Assembly (NCBI GenBank): GCA_003427395.1
Contig: BFEA01000034.1
Coordinates: forward strand, 3,408,125 to 3,472,124
DNA length: 64,000 nt
Origin: Chara braunii
Lineage: Eukaryota > Plantae > Charophyceae
Reading direction: 5' to 3'
Shown: one piece after another, positions 12,401 through 25,100 of the stretch
Layout of the letters: every line of letters starts with the position of its first letter
Numbering within the stretch: position 1 is the stretch's first letter
Notes under the pieces: model-generated
The model's database searches: none
What the model saw: only the letters and a program-made list of their open reading frames with translations
What the model was told of the DNA's origin: nothing
Translations under genes and position numbers: made by a program

Positions 12401-14474
12401 TCCGACTTAAAAAGAGGGTAGAAAATGTTGAACAGAAACTGGGGGTGAATCCTTTGTCGGACCTCTATTGGTCAAAGGAAAGACTGGACAAACTTCGAGA
12501 TTGGGATGAACATCAGATCCAATAGCAGGAGTGGAGGGCAAAAGTGCAGGAAGTAAAGGGGATTGTCTCTGCAGACAGACTATCTAAGGAAGCATTCAGA
12601 CACCTTCTACCAAAGAATACAGCAGTGCAAATGAGAGAGTTGAAACACCACCACCTGCAGGGCCTACCAAATGCTACCTTAAATGAGGACATGTGTAAGC
12701 AGTGTCCAACTTTCAGGACATCATGACTACAAGGAGACCGTTCGACGACCTGGATGACGATATGATTGCAGAATCAACGGTATGGGACAACTTGGACTGC
12801 AGACTCCCGGAGGAAGGGAGACTCTTAATGAACCGGCCGATGACATTAGAGGAACTTACCTCCACACTCAATTGCATGGCTCGTGGAAAGACGCCAGGGG
12901 ATGACGGACTGCCAGTAGAGTTTTTTGCTGCATGCTGGGATGTCTTGGCAGCGGATCTAGTACAAATGTTTAATGAGGTTCGCGTGGGAGGAAGGCTTGG
13001 AGCAACAATGACGAGAGGCATTCATTTGGAAACCAGGTGGGGATGCAGAAAAGGGATACATCAGTAAAGTGGCGTGGGACACTTTATGCAGACCTCGTAG
13101 CGAGGGGGGGCTTGCTCTGATTGACCCTGGCGCGCAGAATACAACACTGTTGGCAAATTGGATCGTGCGGGTGGCCGAAGTCGAAGTAGATACCGATTGG
13201 GTGCTGCTGGCAGAGACCTTGCTGGCAAAAGAATGGGGCTTTTCTCGACCATCAGATATCTGGGTGACTCTGATGACTGATACCTATGCACGTAAGCGTC
13301 CCAAGTCTCGATTGTGGAATGACGTTCTCCAAGCGTGGAGGAAATGCAAACCTACTTTGAATTGGGCTCCGAAGTCCAAGACCGATGTCAAATGCCAGCA
13401 CCTGTTCGAAAACGATCAGATCAAAGGTATGAACGGGGAGTGGTTCTCATTAGAGAGGTAACCTGAATGCTTTGGACAGAGCTGAATGCAGAAAGGTGTT
13501 TGCCTGATTGGTGACCTGTGGGAGGCCAGTACCAATTGCTGGATTTCTATGGATCAGTTAAAGGAATTGTTGGGGTCAATTGCCAGATCAGCAAGCTCGG
13601 TTCACTCAATTTGTACATGCCATTTCGTCAGAGTGGAGGCAGCTCCTGGGACCTGAGGGTATCGACCCACCAGGTACATGTAACGGACATAGGCGAGGCG
13701 GAACGGTATTGCAGATTGGAGAGTTGGACGGAGGATAAATCCGGCAAGTGTTGGCTGGAGACGTACAAGCGAATGCTTCCAAACCTCCCTACGCTAGAAA
13801 GAAGTGGGATGCGGATTCAATATGGGCTGGCCGGACTAAAAGAAATTCGGGTCAGACTAAGACTTCCGAAAGAGGAAGGTCTTTCACTGATCCCCGTTTC
13901 GGTGGGGAATGGGGTAGGTTTGGATAAGCTGAAGATAGATCCGGAGAGTTGGGGTTGGCGTCTAGGTGATTTGGTGGTAATGGGGTTGGAGAAATTGGAT
14001 GCAAGCCTGATCCTTAAAATGTATATGGACTCAGAGACGGTAAGCGCAAAGACAGGCATACGGTGGGCACTGCAAGTTCCCCACCTTCAGCCACCATCAG
14101 AATCTGAACTCACCAGGTTGTGGTCGCAACTCCAAGCCCTGCCGTCACAAAAAATGGCATCCCTGTTGTGGCTGCAGTCACACCTAGTGGTTCCCACCTC
14201 CCAGTGGCTGGCAAATAAGGGAATGTTAGTGAACACAATCTGTGACCGGTGTAAGGAAGGGCCAGAGACAATGCAACATCTTTGGTGGGGCTGCCCAAGG
14301 TTGCGAAAATGGTGGAAGTGGTGGGTGTTTCACTGGAATAGATTTGCAGAGAGGAAGGAGCTGTCAGGAGAAAGGTGGGTCTTAACTGGTAGCCTACCAG
14401 CCAACATCAGCAGCACTGAAGGCTGGGGCTATGTCCAGAAAATCAGGCCGAAGATCTGTTCAAGAGTCTCTTAG
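9494..14474 (+). mobile_element. Degenerate L1-clade LINE: ORF1 (about 9494-11707) and ORF2 remnants (APE C-terminus, pre-RT region, post-RT region, zf-RVT)
   Basis: ORF1 has FKP*L, KFWVMAIRVPL and a decayed zinc knuckle. ORF2 has TWF..RRIDFFLVS..SNHKPV (APE), GKTPGDDGLPVEFF, KVAWDTLCRPRSEGGLAL and CDRCKEGPETMQHLWWGC. Multiple stops and frameshifts. Confidence 0.9.
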
Positions 14475-15103
14475 CCACAACTATAAGAGCGGACTGGGCG
14501 AGGAGACGGGGCCAGGAGGCTCACACCAGGGGGGAGGGATGGTTCCGAAGAACGTGGGGCTTGGGGTTGGCTCACATATCCCCAGAAGGGAACTTGGTGT
14601 TGGGACGATGGATTGAAAGGGGGTAGGAAGGGCAGGGAAAGTAGGATTAGAGTTAGATTTGTAGATTTAGTGGGGGTAAGTGCAGGGTAGCAAATGGGTA
14701 GGAACCAGGTGCACTTGGTTCCAGTCGGCGGTCACAGTAGGCGGCACGGGGGTGGGGGGTTTGGAGAGTGCCAGGTTACCTAAAAGGAACCAATGTTCCT
14801 CCCGACCGAGGTAGGTCGAGGCCCAGATCGCCAAATAGATCTAGTATTGGTAGCTTAGGCTAGAGTAGGTTGGATTAGGACAATTTGAGGTTGCTGTCAA
14901 GTGTTCTGATCTGGTTTTATGATAGGTTTACACAGGTATTGTTAAGGAGGTTGAAGCGAGAAGAATTCTTTTAAGCTAAACCGGCTGATGCTGCCGGGAT
15001 AACTCCGGGTTGAATTGTGAGGTTCCCGGCCTCTTTGCGAGAATTGGTATGAATGGAATGTTTTTTTTTTCTGGAAAAAAAAAAGAAACATCATCTTTCT
15101 AAT

Positions 15104-15475
15104 GGGACAATTTGCGAAATACCCCCATAGGTTGAGATATATGCCAAAATGCTCCTGTAAGATGTGGGTAGAGCGGAATGCCCTTTCGGGCCAAAATCTT
15201 TGTGTTATGCCCCTGTCAGGCAGGTGTACAAATTTGCGAGGTCCACCGTTTGGGCATGGCCTTTTGCAATTGGGCGTTAGGAAAGTTGCCAAGTTCTGGG
15301 CATTTTGCAAAGTTGGATGGTACCCAGTAGGGGTATAAAGATGGGGGGTCCAACCTACGCGAAGGGTATTTCACAAAGTTTTATTTTTGTCAGAGGGGCA
15401 TTCCGCTCTACCCATACCTTTCAGGGGCATTTTGGCACATATCCCAACTTATGGGGGTATTTCGTAATTAGTCCC
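15104..15475. mobile_element. Mutator-like MITE
   Basis: About 80-bp imperfect TIRs (GGGACAATTTGCGAAATACCCCCATA... / ...TATGGGGGTATTTCGTAATTAGTCCC) flanked by an 8-9 bp direct repeat, (C)TTTCTAAT. Confidence 0.8.
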
Positions 15476-17481
15476 TTTCTAATTCTTTCAATTAGAAAAA
15501 GAATATAGCGTAGTTAGGAACCACCCCCCCCCCCCCCCCCCCCCCNCCCCCCCCCCCCCCCCCCCTTCCTGCAGGCTGACAGCTTACAGCCTACAGGCTG
15601 CAAACATCCTGCAGCGCCTGCAGGAGCCCGAACAGAATGCATGTCCGCGGTGCTGGGCGAGTCAGCAGGTGCCCACCTTTTATGGTCATCACTCGTACCC
15701 CTCAACTTCTCTGCTCCCGTCGCCTTCTTTTCTTTTCCTTTTTTGAAAGGCCACGGTATCGTCATCGAACTGACCAGCCCCAGAGCAATTTTATTCGTTG
15801 ATTCCATAAGCCGGACTGGAGGTGGTTCCATTTTCAGTCGAAAGCTGTATTCGAAAGAAAAAGCGGCTTTCGAAAAGCGGAGATAGGGCACAATGACGAA
15901 TGATGCGCGGACGCGGGAAGATTTTCACTCAAACAAATTTCACTCGAAGGCAAAAAAATTGGGCACAAATGCGTCCCTCATGCTTCTTTTGCGCCCGCCG
16001 ACGAATTGTCGCGCACCTCCATGCCGCCGCTTTTCCCTGGGTACACGGGAATCGACCGTTGTGATGAGCGAGACACTTCGCTTCCCTTCGCGACTACCCA
16101 ACAGTAGACCTTACCACTGCACTCGATGGACCTGCAGCCAATCCGTTCTGCGCTCAGTCGCGAGATTTGCCGGGGTAGCGAGATTTCGCCAGTCCATTTC
16201 GTGCACATTGCCAACTGTCTGAGCGGCGCAAGGACGCTCTTTGTCCTTGCAGGTGGTGGTCCTGCCGCGCATCCTTCATCCCAGGGACTAATTGGTGGGC
16301 GCCCTTCTCAGTCAGGTCGCTGGATGCCGGAGGGAGGGGGAGGGCATGGTCGTAGAAGCATCGTGCTGGGCGACTTCCTGATCATCGTGCGGATGCCCGC
16401 GCGCGGGTTCGGGGTTCTCTGCTGTGTATGTGCACTCCCCGGGGTAATCAAACGTTGTATATTTCACTAAACTAAATCGTTGTTGGCCGCGCGGCCATCC
16501 CGGGTGATTGGCATTATTCGTGGCTTCGCACAGTATGGTGGCGAGTGGAAAGGGAGAAGTGTATCTGTATCTGTAGCTGTAGCCTTCCGGCCGACCAGGT
16601 TTCGTTGGGCAGAGAAGAGGAGGCGCGGTGGGAGGCGGGGAGAGGGAAAGAAACGGAAAAGTCACGGAGCTGCGTGGAACGAGAAAGGATGGTTCGGTGG
16701 TAATCGAGACCCCGAGGGCCTTGCGCGGCCTTCACTCCGCGTGGAGAATGCGCAGGCCCGAAAGGGGCAGCGCGAGCAAGCGGAACAGAAGACTCGGGAG
16801 GAGACGGAATCTACTGTTGTACCCTGCTGGCTTATTCGCTAGACCGACAGCAAAAAGACGTGGTGCGGCGTGGCAGCAGGTGGCATTTTCTTGCCTCGAT
16901 CCCATTTTTTTTCGCCGTCACGGATGTGAAGCCTTGTGACCGCTGCGAGACGACGTTCGGCGCCGTCGTTTCTTGCTCCAGCCGAGTGTAGGGAGTCGAG
17001 TCGAGTAGAGAAGAGAGCACGCAGGGCGGCGCAAAGAGGATGATAACGGACAGCGAACGCGCTTGAGGCGGCTTGCTGACGTGCATGCTTGCGTGGAGTC
17101 GGGGCGGGTGGGTGGCTCACTGACTCACCTGTCTATATAATCTGTGGGGTTGACCTCCATCGCTGCCTCTGGGTAATTGGCCATGTGGTCGCCGCTACCG
17201 GAGGGGAGTAGGAGCTCTGTAGGCGCGGAGCTTCCCGGGTGCGCGTCTCTCAGTCCTGTGGCCATCGAAGTATGCCGGAGGGATTGCGGTGGTCGTGATC
17301 GACGGTCGCGCTCACGTAGTAATCGACCGCGACCGTGACACGGAGTGGTCGCTGTAGCTGGGAGGGAGGTGTGCTGCGTGTCTCTCTGCGGACGTGGAGG
17401 CCAGGACCTTAGGCGCGGTCGGCGCTCGCCCACAACGACGACGACGACAACGATATCGCTCCCGTCGTTCTGTGATTGGGT

Positions 17482-18662
17482 ATGGAGAGCTCAGGTGGAG
17501 CTCTCTCTGTCTGCCACGTGGCCACCCGGGATTCCCTGCGCGCACACGGTGGTTGTGCTAGCTCCTCGTTGACGGTGAAAGATTGCGGAGAAGGGGGTGC
17601 GGGTGGGAAGGCAGACGAGGTGCACGCCTACACGCTGGCGCCATGCGTATCGTCGGGAGGATGCGCGCGAGCGGACCCCGTGCCGGCGCAGTCGTCGTCG
17701 TCGTCGGCGGCGACGACGGCGCCCTCGAAAGCGCAGAGCAGAGGGTCGCGCCTGCGCCGAGAGGACAAAGAAGGGCGAGACAGGGCGGCGATCGGCAGAA
17801 GTACAAAGCTGCAGTCGCGCAGGTGTCAGCAGCCAACGGAAGCAGCGCTAGATAACGAAGATGGCGTGGCCGGAGGAGGCTTACCTCTGATTGGAAGGGA
17901 GGGGAACGGTGCGCGAGTACGCGCCATTATTCCAGATGGAGGACGAAGCTCAGGGGCTGCTGAGAAACTTGCCGCGGATGGTGACGAATGCCTGTCCAGA
18001 GGGTCGCAGCGATTCAACACCATAGAAACTACCGACCTAAGGGGAGCCATGGGGGATGATGATCCGGGTGAAGTTATTGATATCTCCCCCACCGGCCATT
18101 CCGTGGGCTCTTTAGAGTGTATTTCGCGGTGCAGTGGGGGAGGGCCCGGAAAAGGGGGGGATGGCTCCAATGCGAACAGAGGGCGTAGGGAATGGAATGC
18201 CGCGCCCGACGCTCAGCCGTTGCCTTCGTCTTTGATTCGAGCTGGGGATCGTGAGTGTGGAGGAGAGGAAGGGAGGGAAGAAGAGGAGGTGCTGGTAGAT
18301 GAGGGGGAGGATGGGCTTGGCGGAGCGGAGACTGGTCCGAGGAAGATGTACGTGTACGATAACACATTCAACGTTTTGCCGTCCGAAGTGGGGTGTCTTC
18401 ATTCGTTACAAGTGCTGAAGTTTTTTTCCAACGAGGTGCGGCTCATCCCTAGAGAAATAGGCGGCATCAGCTCGCTGGAACAGCTGTACGTGAAAACTGA
18501 GCCTGTGGGGATGAGCGTGCTGCCTCCCTTAGGTCGACTCCGCTCTTTGAAAGCTCTGGAACTCCATGAGGCACCAGCTCGACCCTCTGTAAGAGCTCTG
18601 CCAAGCGACATCAGCCAGCTTGAGTCCTTGACGAGGCTCGCCGTCTGCCACTATGGAATCAC
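17482..18662 (+). CDS. Kinase exon 1: long low-complexity N-terminus plus first LRRs
   Basis: ORF with MYVYDNTFNVLPSEVGCLHSLQVLKFFSNEVRLIP; ends AC|gtaagt. Confidence 0.85.
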
Positions 18663-20703
18663 GTAAGTCTTGCATCTCCCGCCCGTGTTTCCTTCGACTT
18701 CTCGCCCGCAGTATTTCTCTGCGGCCCCCTTCTTTTCCACCGTCTCCTCTCCTCTTTTCCTTTTTTGTTCGTGTGTTCGTTTCCGCCCGTGTTCCGTCGA
18801 CTTTGGGAAGGGGTTCCAGAACGGACGCCCGGCGGGGAGGGAGCCAAGAGCGGGTAACCCTGCTCTCTGTCCCTGCGCTGTGCGCGTGTCATTCGTTAAC
18901 CAGCTGCAAGTGCGGCGGTTAGTGGTGAATTGGATTCATTAGGCTGCGCTCCGCTAGACAACATTCGAAATGTTTGTGTTCTATCCGCCATCCAGATACA
19001 TTCGGATTGAGGGAACATTTCGAGCGTATGGGGGGGCCCAATGCCAGAACCAGATGCATTTGGAGTGTTGTGTAGTGGAGTGAGGCCCATGCGCATTGGA
19101 TTGTGGGACTGTTATTGTGAATGCGAGGTGAACGTCGGGGGACTGATGAATGATCAGAAATCATTTTTTCTATGGCTCAGCGAAACTATTGGAATGCGCA
19201 CTTTTCTCCAGGCAATTATACTGTAAATCAATCTCCCCTTCTGCTACAGGGATTGGGGCCGCAACGAAGGATATGAATTACTATAATAATCTCAACATGT
19301 TGAGATACTTACATGTTGAGATTATCTCAGCAGGAAACGGCTGTTCTAATCCTCCAATACAGTAAGTATCTTTGGGGGGGCGTTTTCACTATCGCTCCCG
19401 ACTCTCGAGGCTCTCTCTTAGGGAATCAAGTCGCACAACTAAATAGCGTGTCAGAGACCTCTTTCCCTTTCGAAGTGGCAATGCACGCGTAAGCGGATGT
19501 ATTCGCCTGTTGCCTGTAATATCCATGTCTACAGACACCGTCGACTGCAAATATCATGAATCAGGGCGGAATCCTCGGACGCCAGGCTTTCCTGTCTACA
19601 CATCGTCGTGTAAAGTTGTGGGCCGCGGGAGATGATTACGCGGGCTTTGGAGCGGAGGGGGCAGGGCTTTGGGTTGAAACGGTTGGGGAAGGCGGGGGCT
19701 TGGCAGATTGGCGGGAAGGGAGGTGGGCGAGGGGAATTTTCCCCGCGCTACTCGCTCACATGAACGAGGGAGAGAGAGAGAAAGAGTGAGAGAGAGGGAG
19801 AAAGACTGAGAGAGAGAGAGAGAAAAAGTTAGAGAGAGAGAGAGAGCTGTGGGCTATATAAGTAATTGAGTCTTTTGGATGTGAAGCAACCATCTCTGCA
19901 TTGAGAGACGCAGTCATCGCCGTTGGAGATGATGCTTCTGGGACGAGAAAGCCAAGGATAGATGTCCGAATTGCTGCACTTTGTGCCTGGAGGCTCGCAA
20001 GAGTCAGTCAAGTACAAAATACAGGTAGGTCCTTGAAACAGATACGCCGAGATTTTCGACGGGCGGCTGTCTGGTACTACGGGATTTCTGCATTCTCCTT
20101 GGTATGGTACCACCGTGGAGTTGTTTCCCCAGTTCCCACGATGTCGACTTTAATTGAATTGTCTCCTCAAGGCATAGGTCCTAGGGGATCAGCCTAAACC
20201 CGTTGTGTTCCGACATACGTGACAGTTTCCTGTCACACAGCTCTCCATCGGCGTTCCATCTCGAACCGCATAACACTAAGCAGGTTTTACTCTACCACAC
20301 AGCGTGAGGGAACGAGTCCCTTGGGGATCCCGGAGTGGATGTGACCGAAAATGTACGGTATGTACGGTATGCAGTTGACTCCTACGTCTTCGTACGGTGC
20401 TTTTTTTACCTTTCTGCAGTGCTTCGCGCCTTTGAAATCGTGCCTGGCTGCGTGTGTTTAGACAAAATTTTGCCGCACACCCCGGGGACGCGTGCTGAAG
20501 GGCTCGCATTCCCAATGTGGTACTTCATGAGCTTGAGAAATTCGTCATGCGGGCGACTGAAGAGCATTCCCGATAGAGGGTCGTCGATAGAGAGCAGAGG
20601 GCAACCAACCCCCGTCGCAGGTTGCGGACAGGACGGACTGCGAAGATCCGGCGGCGATCGGAGAGCAGCCGAGGTCGAAAACTCAAATTGAATAGTGCTG
20701 CTA

Positions 20704-20747
<44 letters not shown>

Positions 20748-22139
20748 CGCTGCTAAGGTTTTCAAACGTTTCTCTTCTCCACTTTCCATTACCCGTACGG
20801 GAAAAGAGGAGGAAGTCTTTATGCTAGAGCCAGTGCAAACGCAGACATTGAAAAGCTGACGATAGAGGATTTTGGGGTGGGAGGACACAGAGGCAGTTGG
20901 CGTCTCGTCGTCCGAACGTTGACTGTAACACGATCAGGTGCATGGTTGAGTGCGGTATTGCGGCCCATGTCTCTTATTCATTCATGGGGTACCTCTTTGT
21001 AAGGGCGGAGGGAGGCAGGGGAGATGCGACCTTGGAAGGCGGGGAAAATAACAGACCAGCAATCAGGGATAAGGAGGAAGGAAAGAAGAGGAGGGGGTGG
21101 TGGTGGGGGCGTGCAGATGCGGGGAGGGTAGGGAAGCGAGGAGAAAGTGAGGGCGACGCCAGTTCATAGAACGTGGCGGCGAGGGAGAGGCGCGAAGAGA
21201 CGGAAGGTGAATTATGGGAGACATCGAGAGTGAGTGATAAGCCCAACCCGTGAGCGGGGTACGGTTGAGCGCGGGAGAGGGAAGTCTGGTAGAGCGCGCG
21301 GAAAAAGAAGAGAGAAGAGGGGGAAATACAGTACAGTATAAAAGTTTGGGCGGCGGGAGTTGGGTCTGGAGGAGGTGAGAATGTAGGAGGTTGGCGGGGA
21401 TGGAATGCCTCGTAGTTTTGGACGCATTGTGGGAGGTAATTCATGCCCGTGCCCACGTTTAGCCACATCTTTTCGGGGAAAAAAAACAGGACTAACCACA
21501 TATTTTTCGGTAGCTCATGCGTGTGCTAACGTCTAACAACGCAGCAAGGGTCAAATACGTTGTATCTGTGTATACACAAGGGGAGGGGAGGGTGGTCGAG
21601 TTGAGGACGGAAGAGATGTGGAGGAGGTTTGGCCATGTGGCAATGATGATTTGTAACATGCTTTTTCGGGCCTGGTTGACGGACTTTGTGCGGTCCTTTG
21701 AGGAAAGGGATGTTATTACGCGCGTTTAGGGGGCTGTTTCCTACTCTCACTATCAGCTAGGGGTGCCGGAGGTTCGATCTGGCTCAGAGATGAAGAAGTC
21801 TTAATTTTGAGTCTTAATTTTGAATGGATTCGCTGAGCGACAGTAATGTGTCGGTGTCGGCGTCGCTAAAGTGTGCATTTGCAGCACGGGCTTTCTGTAA
21901 GGATTGATGCCGCGATCTACGTGCTCTTTCTATTTATAATAATGATGTCTGTAGCTGGGGGGTAGAGGGAAAAAATGGTTCCATGGCGGAACTGCTCTTA
22001 CCAGAGCACTGGGACTGGAGTTTCAGGAGGGGTATTAGTTCCGCGGCGGAACTTCTCTTACCAAAGCACTGGAACTGGATTTTCAGGAGGGATGGTAGGG
22101 AGAGTGTAGAGGGTCAGAGCCATGGGAGAGGGAGGAGGG

Positions 22140-22196
<57 letters not shown>

Positions 22197-25100
22197 GGAG
22201 AGGGAGGTGGGGGTGTTGTAGAGAGAGGCGTTGAGAAAGTCGGAGAGGCGAAGATCATAAGAGGGAGGACGTTAGAAGGGAGGGAAGGGAGAGACGGAGA
22301 GCACAGGGGTACCGTCTTCAGCCGAATAGAACGTACGGTCATTATTGCTGTCTCTACGCAGAAATTGCCCCAAATACAGCTATGATGACCGAGTTGGGGA
22401 AATGAGAGAGGCAAGGATGGGGAGAGGGAAAGAGTGTGGAGGATTAAACTAGGCAGAGAGAGGAAGGTTGGAGTAGAAGTGGGAGAGAGGGGAAGGGGGA
22501 AGGGGGGAGAGTGCAGATGATCAGACTTAGGAGAGAGGGAACGGGCAAAGATCGAAGGAGAGAGAGGAAGGAGTTTAGGGAGGGAGGGAGAGAAGTGAAT
22601 GAGCCTAGGAGAGGCGTACAGGACAGGGCAAGGGCACACAAGCAGGGAAAGGAGGGAGGCAAAAAAGCGGAAAGGGAAAATACAAAGAAGGGCCCTGCTG
22701 CTGATACAAGAGGGCTCGCGGCTTTGGGAGACGAATCGGTCAATGGAATGGTTTGGGAGATTGCTAATTAAGGGGGGAAGAGGGGGGCGGGGGGGGGGGA
22801 TGGGGAAGCGAATGGGAGACCACGCGGGAAAGGGAGGGGAGGGTGTGCGCAACCTCGAGAAGATAGCGAGACTACGATGTTCCGCGGTGAGTGGGGGCCG
22901 CCACGAGCGGCGGAGCCACGAGAAGTGATGCCATATCGATTGGAGAATGGTGGGTGTAGGAGAGGAGATGCCTGCCTCTCAGGGTAATTGCTTCGCCGCC
23001 TCGATTTTTTTTTTGTCCATTTATTTTTTGAAACTGGGAGTTAGTGATGGTGCGATTTCTGGGTTCGGCAAAGAAAATCTGCAGTTCGATCCGCGATGTC
23101 CGTACAGTGTGGGGGGGAAGGAGACTGGAACCGTGGCCGCTGCCCCCTTCTATTTGGTGGCGTGAACTCCCGACTATGAGGACTGTATTAGGGGCGGGAG
23201 GTAGACGTCGGTTGATGCGGTTAGGCGTGCACGAGCGGCATATACAATGGGCTGGGGCTGTTGGGAGCTATGTATGGCTTTTTCTTTCGCGGCAACGGGG
23301 GGGGAGGAGATAGGCGGAGGGAAATATAGAGGGGGGCAGGTATGGGTTAAATATTGCGTAACCCTTGCCATTCATCTCGGTTTTGCAACCACGTGCTTTT
23401 CAAAGCATCGGCCAAAAAATAGGAATATTTGAAAAGAGATACTGGGAGTATTTGGACCGTTTATTTATGCATGCAAGATCCATCCCGGCGGTCCAAGTAT
23501 CATAGCTATAGCGATGCTTGGTGGCCCGTTTTGGACCGTTTCTGCACAGGCAGAGTCCGGCTACCGAGGCAGGTGTTTTCTTTCACTGCTACCGTCTTCA
23601 CCCGAATACAACGGCCGGTCATTACTGCTGTAGCTACCTTCTTCCCCCGAATACAACGTACGGTCATTATAGATGTATTTGAGGCATCTTTTAGTCTAGA
23701 TACAACTATAATGACCGTACGTTGTATTCGGAGGAAGAAGGTAGACTGAAAGTTGCTCCACGCACAGACAGCTGTTATGACCGGGCGTTCTATTCGGGCG
23801 AGGACCGAAGAAGGCAATATGGGCTGATGATGTTGGTTGGGCAGCTTGTGCACGATCAACGGTCCTTGGAATGTTTGATATCTGGTTTGCCGAAAAGGGT
23901 CCCGCCCAAATTTGTTGCCATCGTGAGGATTGAGTAATTAGTCAATTATTACAGTATTACGGTATTACTGTGATCAAAGTTGATGCTGGACCCGGTCTCG
24001 ATCAGGTGCGGATCCACCCGGATCCTCACCAGCAGGAAGGAGTCATCAAGCACAGTGCTGAGCTTCAATTCTGATTGCAAGGGTGCTCTTATAATCTCCT
24101 CAGAATGGAAGTCCCACCCAGCGAATGTTTCACCAAAAAAGAAAGGAAAAAAAAAAGAAAAGAAAAAGGAAGAGATCTTGTTATGCGTTGTTGCTCGTAT
24201 GCGAATGCTCTCTGAAATTTCTCTCTCTCGCTCGAACCGTCGCGTCTCATTACCCTTTTGTCAGGTCTGTTCCAGCGGACATAGGAACGCTGAAGCAACT
24301 GGAGGAGCTGGATCTGTCTTTCAATAAGATCACGCTGCTTCCCCCTGAGATTGGGGAATTGAAGTCGCTCAAGACTTTGTATGTTGCGAGCAACAAACTG
24401 AGAAGTCTGCCGATCCAGCTGTCTGATTTGGTCAGCCTGACAGATCTGGACGTCGCGCACAATAAAATAACATCTCTTTGCAATCTGCCGTTGACGTCGA
24501 TGACTGCGCTCGTCTCTCTCAATGCCAAGGTAAGCAAAGTTCCGTACAAGATGCCAATCACTTTTCTTGAACACCGAGTATCCGACCGAATGAAGAAAAG
24601 CGTCTGTTTTTTACGTCAGGTATGCAAAAGATTTTGTTCTACGAAGCGCCCAGTTGTTCTTTGTGTCCCGGCGCCGTTTGGATGTTCTTTAGTATATAAA
24701 AAAGCTTGCCTTTTGTGCCTTTTTTCTTTCTTTTCTCTCTCAGGCTCTCTCTTCAGGGCATGCTCACACTGGCTACCAAAATTCAGGGTCTGTCTTCAGG
24801 GCATGCTCACACTGGCTACTACCGAAATCCCAGATTCGTAAAAAAACATTGTGTTGCGTGGTAGTCACACGGATTGCCCATTTCCCCAAATACCTGATTC
24901 GTAGCATCATTTGTGTCAGCGGCCTGGCAAGCCGCGGGGACCATCGGGGAATTTGCGGTAAGCTCCGAAGGTTACAGCAAATTACCTTTTTTTTTTTTTT
25001 TTTTTTGGAAAGAACACACAGAAATGTTGGGAAGATAGAGGACGAAGATTGAGGCGAAGGACTGGCCCTAACATCCGGCAGAAAAAAAAAAAACTCATGA

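Noticed and set aside
19143-19175. CTGATGA followed by a hairpin
   Set aside because: No GAAA after the stem and no similarity to the family.
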